This document shows positions 14,201 through 28,065 of a DNA stretch of 64,000 bases, piece after piece. This DNA is from Podarcis gaigeae (taxonomy: Eukaryota): the NCBI GenBank assembly GCA_964106915.2, contig OZ066920.1. One strand, written 5' to 3'. The notes under the pieces are model-generated. The model had not been told where the DNA came from. It saw only the letters and a program-made list of their open reading frames with translations, and ran no database searches. A program made the position numbers and the translations under genes. Position 1 is the first letter of the stretch. Each line of letters opens with the position of its first letter.

Positions 14201-14678
14201 ATTGCTTTTCTACAAAAAAAGTCCTTCAGTGACTTACAAATATATGAAATACCAAAGAGCTTGTGAATCTTTTAAAATCAAATACATAATAAAACAAATA
14301 TTTTTAAAGGTGTTCATCCAAATAAAAAGAACAAATCCTACCCCACCCTACTCAAAGATGAACAGAACAAACAAACCATAATGCATACTGCACTGTGATC
14401 TAAGTTAAAGCCTGGGCAAACAGGAATGTTTTAGGGTATGTTCATGTTACCACATAGTCTGCATCTAATGCACGCCCACTGACCATTTTTGAAGCTATAT
14501 TCACCTGAGTGTGTTAACCACAGTGCATATTTTCTCAAAGGAGATTCAGTCCAACTAGAAAACTTACACTGCATTCACTTTGTACTTAAGAATAGTCTCA
14601 AAAAACATTTGAGACAGCCATCGTGCATGTGCAGATGAGTGTGCCTGCACAGGTGCCAACTTCATGAGTAGGAGTTTG

Positions 14679-16740
14679 TTTGTTTGTTTGCTTGTTTGTT
14701 TGTTGTTTGTTTTTATTAACTTTTCAATTTTACATCTCAAAATAGACAGCTTACATAATACCACACATTCAATGGCTTCCCTCCTTCCCTTTCCATGGAT
14801 CATTTAATTTATCTACCATTACTGCATATTGTACTATAACCATTTTATTCAGTTCTTCTAACTTACATCACTCAAGTGTTTATTATACTGTTGAATTTAC
14901 CTTAATGCTGCCAGCATTTTCAACTGTGCACAATTATTTTCTATATACTCAGCAAAAGTTTTCCACTCTTCTTTAAATACATGTTCTTCTTGCTCTCTTA
15001 TTCTATACGTTAGACCAGCTAGTTCCGCATATTCTATCATCTTAAATTGCCAATCCTCCTTACCTGGGACCTCCCTCACTTTCCATTTTTGGGCTACCAA
15101 AACTCAGGACATCGTTATTGCATACATAAATAAGTTTTTCTGGCACCTGGGAACTTCTGTCTGAACTATTCCTAACAAAAATGTCTCTGGTCTTTTTGGG
15201 AAAGTTGTTTTTTTTAAAAAATTATCTCATGATAAATCATTTCCCAATATTCTTTAAGCTTTTTACAGATGAAAAAGTTCAATTCATTTATTTACATTTT
15301 CAACACAAATCTGATTCTACTTTATACATCTTAGCCAGTCTACTCGGGCTTAAATACCATCTATGAATTATTTTCATGTAGCATGTGTGTAGTATGCAGT
15401 AAATTTCAAGTCATTCTTCCAAAGTTTCTCCCAAAGGTAAACCTATGTTATGTTTTATGTCCTTTGCCCAGTGTGTCATTGAAGCTTTAGCCAGCTCATC
15501 CTTTGTTTCCCATTCCAATAATAATTTATACATTTTAAACAGTAAAACTGTGAGCTTTGGTCTGAAACCCCATTTTTCTTATCTAGTTTAAACGTATCAT
15601 GTAACTGGTGATACTGTAACCAATTCCTAACTTCCATTGGTTTCAGTCTGGGTTCACTCCCTGAAAGGTCCAGCAAGTCTCTATGGGTCGCCCACTGTCT
15701 ATCCATATTAATTCTCTTAATTGTGGTTGCTTCAGTAGATGATAGCCATAGAGGTGTTTTTCTTTCCAGCAAATGTTTGTATTTCTTCCAGACTCTATAC
15801 AAATTTCTCCTAATAATGTGGTTCATAAAACTCATAAATTGTATCTTTCCCATACCAAAGACATGCATCCCAACCAAATTTTATGTTGTGGCCTTCCAGA
15901 TCTAAAATGTGTGCATTTTCCAATACAATCCATTCCTTTAGCCAGCACAGACAAGCTGCCTCATAGTACAATTGCAGGTCTGGCAGGACAAAGCCTCCTC
16001 TTTCTTTTGTATCTATCCAAATTTTATTTTTAATTCCAGGCTTTTTCCCCTGCCAGACAAATTTAGAGATATCTTTTTTCCATTCTTTGAGGCAACTTAA
16101 ATTATTAACCATTGGGATTGATTGGAATAAAAGCAACATCTTAGGGAGCACATTCATTTTAATGGCTGAAATTCTACCTAGTAGAGAAAGCTTCATTCTT
16201 CCCCATATTTCCAGCTTTTAAAAAATATATTTCCAATATAATTATCTTGAAATAAACTGAGATTTCTCACCGTCAGCCAAATCACCAAGTATTTAACTTT
16301 CTTACCTATTTTTAATCCATTCACCATTTCTAAAGCCTTTTTCAACTGCTCATGTTTTTAACCAACATTTTGATATTTTCTGTGTTTATTTTAAAACCTG
16401 CCACTTCTCCAAAGTTTTAATTTTTTTCTAGTTCCTTGGGGAGACTTACAATAGGTTGTTCCAAAGTTAACACCACATCATTCGCAAATGCTTTCATTCG
16501 ACTTAATGCCATCTGCAGTTCCTATGTTGATATGGGTGCATTTAAAGTTCTCAAGTTTTATTTAGATGCTTTAGGTATGTTGCAGTCTTTAAATAAGATT
16601 CCATTTTCTCAAGATCTTCCTTCTCACACTGATATAATGCTGTATAAAAATTTATCAATGCTGTCCTTATCTCTTTCGGGCTTGTCAAATGTTTCTCCTC
16701 ATCAATAATACTATTTATTATCTTATTTTTCCTTTCTTTT
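14679..16740 (-). mobile_element. 5'-truncated, internally deleted, degraded L1 LINE (ORF2 remnant, 3'UTR, tail)
   Basis: Minus-strand ORF fragments LSLLGRISAIKMNVLPK...FVWQGKKP...KERGGFVLPDLQLYYEAA and KAFANDVVL (degenerate FADD). A-rich tail decayed to (AAAC)n at ~14679-14714. TSD ttcatgagtaggagtttg (14661-14678) / ttcatgagtagaagtttg (16741-16758), 17/18 identical. Confidence 0.9.
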
Positions 16741-16894
16741 TTCATGAGTAGAAGTTTGGTGGGGAAGCATTCTGCAATGGCAGTGAGACCAAAAAGGTCA
16801 TGTGTGTTGAGTGAAGACATCCCCACTCCTTCTCTGATGTGAACTACACTGTGAGAATGCAACTTGAAATGCAACCTTGCTCCATTTGAAGCCT

Positions 16895-17460
16895 CTAATG
16901 TGAACATTGCCTGGCACCAAAAAACTAACAACATTAGTGCCATGCTTGTTTCGCTGGGGTGAAAATTCCAAAAACTGGGAACCACCACTGAAAAAGCTTC
17001 TTCCCTCATTGCCACCCTCCACACCTTCCTTGGAAGAGGCACACTGGGAAGGGCCCATTTGATTATTGAAGGGTCTTATGAAAAGGTTCATAAGGAGAGA
17101 GGCTGTTCTCACCATATTGGGTCCTGAGGCCCACAGTAGGTCAAAACCAGCACCTTGAATTTAGCCTGGAAATGAGTTGGTAGCCATTTGGACCAGAATC
17201 AGTGTTATGTGGTACCAGTCAGCAATCAGGCCACTGAATTCTATACTAGGTGCAGTTTCCAAACCACCTTGAAAGGCAGCCCTACATGTGCTGTGCTGTA
17301 GTAATCTAACCTAGACGTGACTTGAGCATGAACGATAGAAGCTAGGTTATCCCCATCCAAATTGGATTGCAGCTAGACCATTCCATGCCACAGAGACCAC
17401 TTGTGCTTCCAGTGTCTGTAGTGGAGCCAGACCAGAACCCCATCCAGAACAGGTCCATGA
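16895..17460 (-). mobile_element. L2-clade LINE ORF2 3' fragment
   Basis: Minus strand encodes LASIVHAQVTSRLDYY (L2 HALVTSRLDYCN motif) near 17296-17345 and REEAFSVVVPSFWN (RAFSVxAPxLWN motif). Confidence 0.8.
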
Positions 17461-18093
17461 AGCCATGCCACCATTTCCTAAAGAAGCCTGAAGGCTGGTT
17501 ACAGGTTTTCATTCTTTCCAACTGCTAAGGCAAGTTGCTAATCCTTAGAGATGCTGCATAGACAATTTATCTGGCCTCTTGGAGCTTAGACACTCCTTAG
17601 CTGGCCTTACTGCAAAAGGACTCGAGGAGTTAGCTTTCACTGTGTCCACAGAATCATGAAACCCTGTGGAAATTGCAGCCTTGTGATAACGATCCAAATT
17701 TCCATGAAGCTGAACTCAAAAACAGCTTTGAAAATGTGTGTTCTTGGTTGGAGGAGTTGGAGGGAGGAGGGAAGAAGCAAGATCATGCATACCTGTACAG
17801 TATTATGCACTTACTATGCACTGTGTGGGAGAAGAGAATTTAAAGGTATGAGCTCAAATGTAGCAGCAGTGCCTCGGCCACATTTGGGTTTCAAAACTGC
17901 AGAGGCAGAACATCTGCTCTCAGCTACACCCTTTGCTTGAGCTTGTGTGTGTGTTACTGGAAATCTCTAGAAAACTAGATTGTGCATTAGTATAAAAAAA
18001 CCCTGGGCACCTACAATCCTCTTGTCCATCCTTCAACGTTCTGTTTTATGATATTGGAACAACAGCTATAAAAGTAACTCAAATAAGGTATTT

Positions 18094-18140
18094 TTTGTTT
18101 GTTTGTTTGTTTGTTTGTTTGTTTGTTTGTTTGTTTGTTT
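18094..18140. repeat. (TTTG)n microsatellite
   Basis: Direct reading. Confidence 0.97.
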
Positions 18141-20649
18141 CAAACTAAGAGCTGAAGCACAACCTGTATCAGATTGAAGGATTTGCTGCTGGCTTTATGA
18201 CTTCAGAGTAAACTACGTATTTGTTCTAAGTAGCAAGCTCCGAGGAGAGGTTTAAAAGACTTTGCATTGTTCATAGAATCTCTCAAGCATACTGAGGGTG
18301 GAATTCCATCTGTTCAATCCAGTTCAGTTCAGTGAACTGGTTCAGTTTCAGTGGTTCATTGGGCTGTGACACTTTGCAGAAATTAGGCTAAATTAGAAAA
18401 AAAGGCTTTACATTATCTTTTAAGAGGCTGCATGGCAAGATAACTCAAAAGTGCCATTGCCTCAGTCCCCCCACCCACCTGCCTGTATGGTAAAGACAAT
18501 TTAACATGTACCATTAAGGACATGTTAGACATGCCCATTTGTCCGCTGCCTTAAACCTTGATCCTTAAACATGTTTTGTGGAGCAATGTCCCATTGAAAT
18601 GAATAGGATACGCTTCAATGTAATATGCTTAAAAGTGAGGTGTTAAGTTTGATATTTCTCTCGCACACAAGCACACAACGCATGCAGCTCTCAACCTGCA
18701 CATCCCTGTCTCACTTCTCCACACAGTATGAGAGATTTAGCAGCAAAACAACCCTTTTGGCAACTTGAATAGGAAGTATGCTGTCTAGCTGATTGACTAG
18801 AATTCCACTTTGTTTGACTGAATGCCTTTTTTAATCAAGCAAGTCAGAGTAATCCAAATTATTTGCCTAACACAGCACTTTAAAAAAAAGAACCAAAAGC
18901 CAAATGTGAGAAGTACATATTTTCTAATTAAAAACATTATATTGTAACAATTCAGTCCTAGACATATTTGCATGAATGTAGGTCCTATTAACAATGAGGA
19001 TTGTTATATGCATGGGAATTAGTAAAATACAATAATTTTAGCCCTTTATTGTTTAAACCAGAGTCCCACAAGAGTTTTACAGTTGGTGGTGTACACCTGT
19101 ATTGGGGAGATTTAATAGATTATGCACACCTTTACTGTGAGAGCTGTTTCATGGTTCTCATAATTTTCTGGCTCACATGAGCAGGATTCAAAATGCAGAA
19201 ATGAGAACTGTAGCAGTAAAGCATCAGCAGCTATCACTGGGCCGTGTTTTATTTATGAAATCAACTATTTTGTCAACCTGTTTTGGCCCATGGGCATCTG
19301 AATGAGTGCTTGGGCACCACCACATCTGTTCACTTCTCCCCCTCCTTCATTGGATGATGCTTCCTACTCCTTGAGACAGAAAGAGAAAAAGCATACCCCC
19401 AGAGACCACTTTTCCAATGGGGCTGGGTGAAAGCCGTTTACAGTACAATTAATCTGAGATTTGGAAAGGGCAAATAATTTAAAGAGGAAGTGGGAAAGAG
19501 TGTCACTCCTCCAACTTCCTCCTTCAGCAAGAGAAAAGGCAACCACACTTATCACCTCAAGACCAAGGGCACAATGGTGTAGGCTCATAAGCTTTGTGGA
19601 CACCAGGGAAAGCCATCAACTGCAGCCCTTTGCCTACAGGTGCTGTTTAGCCACCCCTGAATTAGACAGTACAGCTTCAAGCAGGAAATGAACATCTGAC
19701 TCCAAGTGACCATTGCATGGAAGGAAGGAGAGCAGCAGCGTACATTCCTGCTCTGCGGGTCCAGGTTTTTCTTGGTTGGGGGTGGCGGACAAGCGGTTGA
19801 CACCCCAGCACAGTCCTTATCATCCCCTTTGGCTGAATTGCTTTTCCACTCTGAACTTTAAATAAAAAGTTTCACCAAAGAGATACCTAGGGTTAGAGCA
19901 GCACCCTGCATTCACAGAACTTTATGGCCAGTGGTTCTTTTCAGCTGGTAAACAAAGTTCAAGCTGTGTGTGATACTAGAATTAATATCTCTGTGGGCAG
20001 GACTGGGCAGACTATTGTTTTATAGAAAGTTTGATTGGAGGCCAGAAATAATTACAGCTGTAAGAACAGAGGAAGACCTATGAGTATTAGTATTTGAACC
20101 AAATCCTTTGTTCCTTTTTAAGGAGAAACAAAAATTATATCCCTGCATTTTAGCATCTCTTGGTGCATCCTTCTCCATTCATCCAGGGTGATTTTGTCTT
20201 TTTATTTTTCTCAGCCTGCACTTGCTGCTAAATCCTTTCAGATGATAGTTGTCCTTGTGTTTCAAGGCAAGTGGCCACAGGACTTGTCCTTTGTTTCAGC
20301 TGTTCCTGCTTTTCTTCCTGCTGCTTCTTTCTTCCCTATTTTTCAGTAGTTTGTCATCTCAACTTTTTCATACCCACTTGAAATGTTATGTGTCCCCCAT
20401 TATTTTCCACCAAAGCCTCTTAATGCCTAAGTGAAAGTTTCAAATTAATTCCCAGTCTAGAACATTATGACTACAGATTAAATCTATTAGCAGAGATCTC
20501 TGTCTCTCCTTGGATTTTGTTGTCTTCAAACGCAGTAGAATGCTAACCATACTCCTACTCCACTCTTCTCAAACATGGTACCCTACAAATGCTGTTGGAC
20601 AAAATACATGGGATAGAACAGAATAACTCTTTGTATTTTGCACATCTCC

Positions 20650-20651
20650 AT

Positions 20652-20694
<43 letters not shown>

Positions 20695-20695
20695 T
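20650..20695. repeat. (TTTA)n microsatellite
   Basis: Direct reading. Confidence 0.97.
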
Positions 20696-20794
20696 GGTAC
20701 AGTTATTGGCTCAAAAAAAATTAGACAAAATACATTTAGAAAATGCACACATTAAGAGGAAAAATTTTAAAAATATTATCAGTTGACAAAAGTT

Positions 20795-20940
20795 GAGATA
20801 GCTCAGTTGGTAGAACATGAAACTCTTAACCTTGGGGTCATGGGTTCAAACCTCATGTTGGGCAAAAGATTCCTGCATTGCAGGGGATTGGACTAGATAC
20901 CTTTCATGATCCCTTCCAGTGCTACAATTCTATGATTCTG
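20795..20940 (+). mobile_element. tRNA-Lys-derived SINE with CR1-type 3' tail
   Basis: tagctcagttggtagaacatgaaactcttaaccttggggtcatgggttcaaacctcatgttgggc resembles tRNA-Lys(CTT); tail ggactagat...cccttcca...attctatgattct is the CR1 3' end. Confidence 0.85.
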
Positions 20941-23900
20941 TGAAGTGTATACTTAAATATGAATGATCCACAAATTAATGTGGCAATAATTGTATACATG
21001 TGTGTAGGTGAAGAAGCTGTTGTGAACTGGAAGTTTGTCCTTCCCCTGCCCACTTCTTTTTTGCCATCATATGCTATAGGTTTATAGTTACTAAGACATT
21101 ATTTATAGCTCCTAGTTACTATGTCCTAAGTTTGCCGTTGTGGTAGCAGGGCAGGTTTTGGAATTTAGGACAGCAACCAACCATCACCCCTCAATACTGG
21201 TAGCTTTTGGACAAATAGCCTTGGACATTATGCTGCCTGAGGCAAATGATAGCATAGGACTTCTCCCATTCCCTGTAGAAAAGGCAAGCTGACTAACAGT
21301 TGTGTCTTACTTCAACACTGTAAATGGGTGGGTCATTGTGCTCAGCTTCATCTGAGGGCAGCAGGCTAGTCTGAGGCAAGCTATGTGGCACACAGTACTC
21401 TGGCCTCCAACACTACCCCATTGGTCCCCATCCTTCAGCCTCTTCTGTGGACACCTTGCTCTGCCTTAGTGGTAGGACTGTCCCTGTCTTCAGTGTTTCT
21501 CCATTCAATGATAAATCAAGTTTACTGCTGGGAAGCTCATCGGAGCTGTCTCTTGCCCCATTTTTCTGCATATTGCTGCCACACTGAGGATTCTCAAAGC
21601 TGAAGCTGAATGAACAAAACCTCTTGACAGGAAGGTGGGTTTTCACTTTCCACTGGCTGCAATAACTGCAGACTCTCCTATTCTTCCCACAACTTCAAAT
21701 CTTTTAACAAGTATCGTTTTAAAAGCACAAATTGTTGTCAAGAGCTGTGAATAAATATCGAGGCAGAGCAAGACATCATCTCATGTTTTGGGTTATTCCA
21801 GAGATGGTGAGTTTTGATCCAAGATTACACACCAGTTTTAGGAATTGTTCCAAAAGTATATCCCCCAAGCCCTGATTAGTTTGGGATGTTGGGATAATGT
21901 CCTGTGGGACCAGAATTGATTATAATTGTTTGTAACAGCTGCCAATAACTGCAATTCTACATGACGGTTACAAAAGTAATCTCTCTCATGGGAAGATGGT
22001 TTACAAAATGAAAATAATTTACAGAAAGAGAAAGGATTATTGCCATAATAAAACTGATCACTAAATTATGACAGAGTTACCACAAACTCCTTCTTACGCA
22101 AATAACAGTGTGTGGGAAGGTATGCAAAAATAAACATTCCCTCCAGTAAAGGATTATGGGAACTCCATAAATTATAAGTCAAACGATTTGCTATATTATT
22201 TTCTCAATACAGTACACTATCCAGTGAAAGATATTATACAAAGTTGGATCATTGGTTTATCTTGCTCTGTATGATCTGCACTGACTGGCAGCTGCACTCC
22301 AGAATTTCACTCCAGAACTTGAGACCTCTGGTATGAAAAACTTGCACTGTACTACTAACTACAGCAACGTCCCTTGGAGCCAAAGAATTTGGATTTAAGT
22401 GAATTTACTACTGCTGTGCCATCAAGCTTTCTTTGCAAAGACCATTAGCAAACTGTGTGTGTGTGCAGCACAGCATATCTCTCTCTTTATCTAAGATACT
22501 CCTGGCATGTCTTGAAGTACAGCCTCAACATAGCTATCCCAATCGATGCCACACACTACCACCTTCAGACCACATGACTCCTCTCATCCACACCAGGAGG
22601 CTTCTAAATAGGCACATTGGCCAGGAGCCAAAGTTCCATGAAACTTACTCCATAAGCCGAAATGCTTTAGACTTATTTTCATCAAGTAGCAGCAGCCCAC
22701 CACTTTTGAAATGCAGAGGTGTTTCAAAAGCAGTTTGTGATCTAGAACAGGGACCAGCAGCTCAAAGGACAAAATAAATAAATAAATCCCAATCTACTAC
22801 AAGCTCTTTGCATGAGCCTAAGCAACTAATAAGATCCTGAACACAGACAACTGAATTCCATAGTGCTTTTGGACAGAGTGACCGTCAGTGGTTGTATATT
22901 CCACACATTCTGTGGATCTTTGTGTGAGAGGGGAGCATTGTATCTGGCACAAAATTTGATATCGTAACAAAAAAAAGTATCACAGGTTTTCATTTTTCAT
23001 GCCAAGTAACAGAACTTTGGAGAGGGGGTTAAAGAAGCATGCATATCTACATAAGATACATAAACTTTTAGAGTGGTATTCAACTAAGTCTTACTCAGAG
23101 TGATGCGAGTGAGATGATTGTCAATGCAGGGGTAGCTTGAAAAACATTTTACCTGCCCATTGATGTTGGAGCAGGGGCTTCTTTTAACAGATCTGGGGGT
23201 GGTGTGAAGTTCTGCCATTGACAGGGGTGCAACTGTGAATTGAAGGAGCATCACTACATACATCGTCAATGGGTTCCACCCCTGCACCACCCACATTCTG
23301 CCCACTTCACTGTTTCAGCCATTCCACCAGTGTCTGTTTTGTGGTGGCACCACATATTGTATTGCACCAGGATAGTAGGACTTTCACTAAATCCTAAGGC
23401 CCCTCAGCCAGCAGATCTGAATATAGGATTGCACCCTACGAGACTGCTAATGACTCTAGTCAAATAGAGGCAGTCTCAAAAATCTGCACAGTGAGAAAGC
23501 CATCATTCACTCATATTCCACAGCTTATAAGGGGAAAAGAAAGGTTTGCATTTTAAGGTTTGCACTGCTCTTTTTAGCTAAATGGCAGTGCACCTGGAAA
23601 AAAGGCATGCTAACCAGATATATTTGAGTGTGACAAGATAATTCATTTAATTTATTTTGCATAAAAATGAATAAGGATCTGATTACAGTAATAAGCCTAA
23701 GATATGATTAATAGCTAAAGTGTGCTGCTGCCATTTTATTTCCTATCTCCTGCTCCGACTCCTCTTTAACACTCAGGTAACTGTCAAAAACGGACCTAGC
23801 TATTATGGATGACAAGGGGTAAATGCCTTCATGTTGTCCTCCAAAGGTTAAAGTTTACCAGCCTCAGTTGGAAGCCACAATCTCCAATAACCATTAATCC

Positions 23901-25775
23901 ACTAAACTCCAGTAGGAGTGAACATATTTATTGCTGCAGTCACTAAAGGGTGAAATAAAGATTAGTTTTTAGTTAGGAACGCAAAGCTTTTTAGATCAAT
24001 ACAGGCCCACTGCTGGAATCAATCTAAACTTTGGCGATTTTTAGGTAAAGATTTACAGGGCTCTCTTTTGCACAGTTAATATTCCAAAACTCGGGGGTGG
24101 GGTGGGGGTGGGGGTGGGGGGAGTTGTCTGTGCTACATTACATAGTAATCAAATTGAGTAAACACTAGTCACTTCATAAACTGACCTCGGCAGCGCACAT
24201 AGCAAATGAGTGTACAGTGATAAAAACACCCATAATGTGGATTGTAAATTTGCCAATAAACAGGTAAAGCCAAAATGCGTACATAGGCTAACATGATAAA
24301 ATGTTAGAAGTTACATTTGTCTATTTGAAAACATAAATAATCAATAGACATTAATAATGAAATTGTTGTTGCGTTTCTTTATTACTGTGCATATTAAGCG
24401 TCTCAATTATTTCTACTTAGTTTGATAGATAAATGTATACACTCATTTTATGCAAGCCTTTGAAGAGGATATAGAATTGCTTTTCAAAACAGAAGCTACT
24501 CTTTAGACGAAAGAGCAAGTGGACTGGAAATACACAGCTTGTTATACCCCTCTACTGTTCATGTTTGATGCATGTATACAATTTATTATGCAATTTCGTC
24601 AGATTTGACAAAGTAATTGCCTGGCAAGCCACACAAAAGGTCTGAAGGTGGAGTAGAAAACGACTTAATAGATCAGTGTCTATAAATGATATTAATAGGC
24701 ATTATATATGTGTGGCAGACACCTAAATTGTTTTCTGCATTGTCACATGATTATATTATGACATTCCATGTATTAAATTCATTTTCACCAACATGGCCAA
24801 GACAAAAGTATTCTGGTATAGTGAACTGTAACTTCTCAAAATCATGAGTCATTCCTATAACCTAATATTTAATACATCTCACAAGATCATGTGTGTTTTA
24901 ATGCACTTGAGAGAGAAAGAACAACAAAATTTAACTGGATAGTAGGCAGTATCTTTCACTCTCTTTATCATATCCTTACATTACAGATAGCAACCTACAC
25001 TTTACAACTTATATAAAACAGAATATGGTAGCTATTTCTTCTAAATCAGCGTTTCCCAACTAGTGGGCCATGACCTGCAGAGGGTTGTGAAATCTTTGCA
25101 GGTAAGTCTTGAGCTTTAAAAGCAAACTCAAAATAATTGTTGTTTGTAATCCTTAACTGGTACAATGAACGCCTTGTACATTTTTGTTTTTTGTTTGTTT
25201 TTGGTAAGTTATAATGCTCTGTTGACGCTTGTAACTGAATGTCAGAAAGGCTTGGGTCTTGCATTTTAGCACTTGGGAACTAATCCCTGTTGGCTGGTGG
25301 CAGATAAAACATAAGGTCCAAAATTCAGGTGACCATAAATTGATGGGTCACCATAAATTTGGACTTGTTGGTAATGATAATGATGATGATAGTAGTAGTG
25401 GTGGTAATAATAATAATATCTATATCACAGACCCTCTTGATATTGCTGGACCCCAGGTCCCATCAGCCTGATTCAGCATGGGCAATGGTCAGGGATGATG
25501 CAGAGTTCAGCAACATTTTGCTACAGGTATCCCATCCTTATGCTAAATGGCAATGATTAAACTTAACATACCTCTTATATCACATTAACACAACCAATGG
25601 AAAGAGAAGCACTCTTATCTTTCTATCTATGGTCCCAGAGTATGTTCTGAAGTCATATTTTAATGTATGTGTTATTTATTTGTGGCTGTAAATCACTCCA
25701 AGTTACATTTGTAAGTAAAAAAGACTAGTAAGTAGTGGTGGTGGTAGTAACAATAATAGAGTGCAATAGCAACAA

Positions 25776-25895
25776 TGCTGAAGCTAAGTAAGCCTATGTC
25801 TAGTCAGTTCCTGGAAACCCTGTGTATGTCTCCTTAATGTTTCATGATGGAAGAACATAAGATATAAGATTTAAATAAATTAAAATGAAATAAAT
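25776..25895 (+). mobile_element. Internally deleted second copy of the 5S-derived SINE
   Basis: tgctgaagctaagtaagcctatgtctagtcagttcctggaaaccc...catgatggaagaa...gatataa...taaataaa parallels 43640-43780. Confidence 0.5.
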
Positions 25896-26010
25896 GCATA
25901 TTTTCATTGTGCATTTATTATGCAACAGCAGAAATCCAACATTTTTTATTATTTCAGATATATTTTGCACATTCATATACCTAAATAACAGCCATTTTAA
26001 AAAGAAAGAC

Positions 26011-26067
26011 AGGAAGGAAGGAAGGAAGGAAGGAAGGAAGGAAGGAAGGAAGGAAGGAAGGAAGGAA
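26011..26067. repeat. (GGAA)n microsatellite
   Basis: Direct reading. Confidence 0.97.
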
Positions 26068-27904
26068 TTTCACAGCAGATGGATCTTGTTTTCTACACCC
26101 TGTCCTTTTGTTATATTATCAGCATAAGGTTCATCAATGGGTCAAATTTACTGGTGGTGAATTAATCCACCTTCCACAAAGATTGCTTATATCCCTTATA
26201 TTCCATTACAAAATGCATACAAACCACCCATTTCTGCTTACATCTGTCTTGCATGGTTAATATATGTGGACTTTGTCCCAGTGTCAGTTCTCAGTTCTTT
26301 AGCATGCTTAATTTAATGTTGGATTTTAGCAACAAGATGGTATTAGAGACTGAAAGATGTGATGTGCTTAAGAAAACTACCAAATTAATAATACCGTGCC
26401 TTAATGCTGACTTTTCTTAATCATAGCAGTTAGCAATCCTGAAGATTGACATTCTTCATTACTCTTTTAGAAGGATGTAATCAAGATGAAGATATTAACC
26501 ATGATCCCCTCACCTCCATTATAAGCCATGTAAACATTATGGTGGAAACGTTTTTATTATACTTATTTTAGACCAAGGAACTTATTGCCACAGGGTATCA
26601 CCAAGCCATGAAACTTTAAAACAGGTCTGCAGAAATTGAGACCCAGCAATCCAACCACAGTCTAACAACCATGGTCTTTTAGACACTTGACATACCCTGC
26701 TTTTGCAGTACCACAAAAGCAGCAAAAACAGGCTTTTGGAGCCCCTGGTAAGCTATGATAGCTGACTCTTGGTCTGTGTTTCACTTGATGAATTAAAATT
26801 TGTTTTAAATTAATTTACCCGCTCCATAAATGACAGTGATACTTGTTGCCTTGACGGTAGTTGTGCAATGTGGCCCTGCCTTCACCACCTCACTGTTACA
26901 GGTCTTACCTCAAGTGGGAGGGCATTCCATGGGAATTTGGTGTGGTGGTTTGCAACATTTCAGTCTGACATCTACATTCAAATTTGCATCTGATGGTGTC
27001 CAAATGTGGGTGAAAACTGTATCCACCTCGAAAACAATGATGCCAGATTGGGTGACAATATCTCTAGAAGCATTTGAAAGCACCGAGAATGGACAGACAG
27101 ACAGACAAACCATTTTCCAAAATATATAGTGAATAAGTAAGTGGTTCCTCAGTTTGGAATGGCAAGTGGACATCAACTATTAGTACAAATTACAGTAGTG
27201 GTTTGTTTTGAAGTTGTCTTTGTAATGTGAAGTACAGCTATTGAAGCCACCAATTCATCACATCCAAGCTCACAGCTGCCATAGGACGGTAATTATTTTC
27301 AGTCTCTTCTGACCTAAGTCCGATTTCAACTGATGATTGGAACATGAAAGGTTCCATAAACCATTATCAACTGCCTAAGGCGTTTAGTTCCCCCACAGTT
27401 TCTTTATGTAATTTAGCTTTTTAAAGAGTCCCATGAAAGTCGAGTGCTTCAGCATAAAAAAAGAAGATAACTTACTCTCTGCTTGTGTGATTTCCTTCAA
27501 TGGTAAGAACTAGGGGGAAAACCCTCCATAAAGCAAACATTTTATTTTCCTTGGCAATTTGGGGTGGGGGAAAAACTCCAAGAGGGGTCAAATCAAGATA
27601 GTGCAAAGGAATAAACCATACGTAAGTGGAGATACGTTTTGAATTTTTTAAAACACCCTACCCCCATGTAGAGCTAGTGGAATCTTGTGATATGTGTGAT
27701 TAAGATTGGATAAATGAAGAAGGGATCAATTTTGAACTCCCTGAACCTGTTTTTTAAAAAAATTTAATGACACAATGCAAGACAATTTCATCATGAACCT
27801 GCTGCAGCATGCATGGCTTGGCCCTGAGTAAGTAGTATCTAGCTCAGAATGCTGTTGCCGTCTTTTATTCGAAACAAAGAAATTAATAGATTTCAGGTGT
27901 TTGT

Positions 27905-28065
27905 AAATGGCGGAACTTGTGGAAGGAATATGTGTGCACAATTTCAAGGGATTTCCAAGTATTGCCACTGAGGTGGAGCACATTGTGCTGATGGCCAGGC
28001 AAGTGGGTGGTGATGGCTTTGTTGATCTCATTCAGAAAGAAGTGGAAGAGTTAATTGAGGGCCAC
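27905..28065 (+). mobile_element. Tigger/pogo transposase C-terminal relic
   Basis: WRNLWKEY / (frameshift) VHNFKGFPSIATEVEHIVLMARQVGGDGFVDLIQKEVEELIEGH resembles the Tigger1/TIGD1 post-DDD segment (WRKL...VHDFxGF...IVxMAKxVGGEGF). Confidence 0.65.

Noticed and set aside
20795-20865. tRNA-Lys gene
   Set aside because: Mutated stems, fused to a CR1 tail and present as several diverged copies: SINE head, not a tRNA gene.
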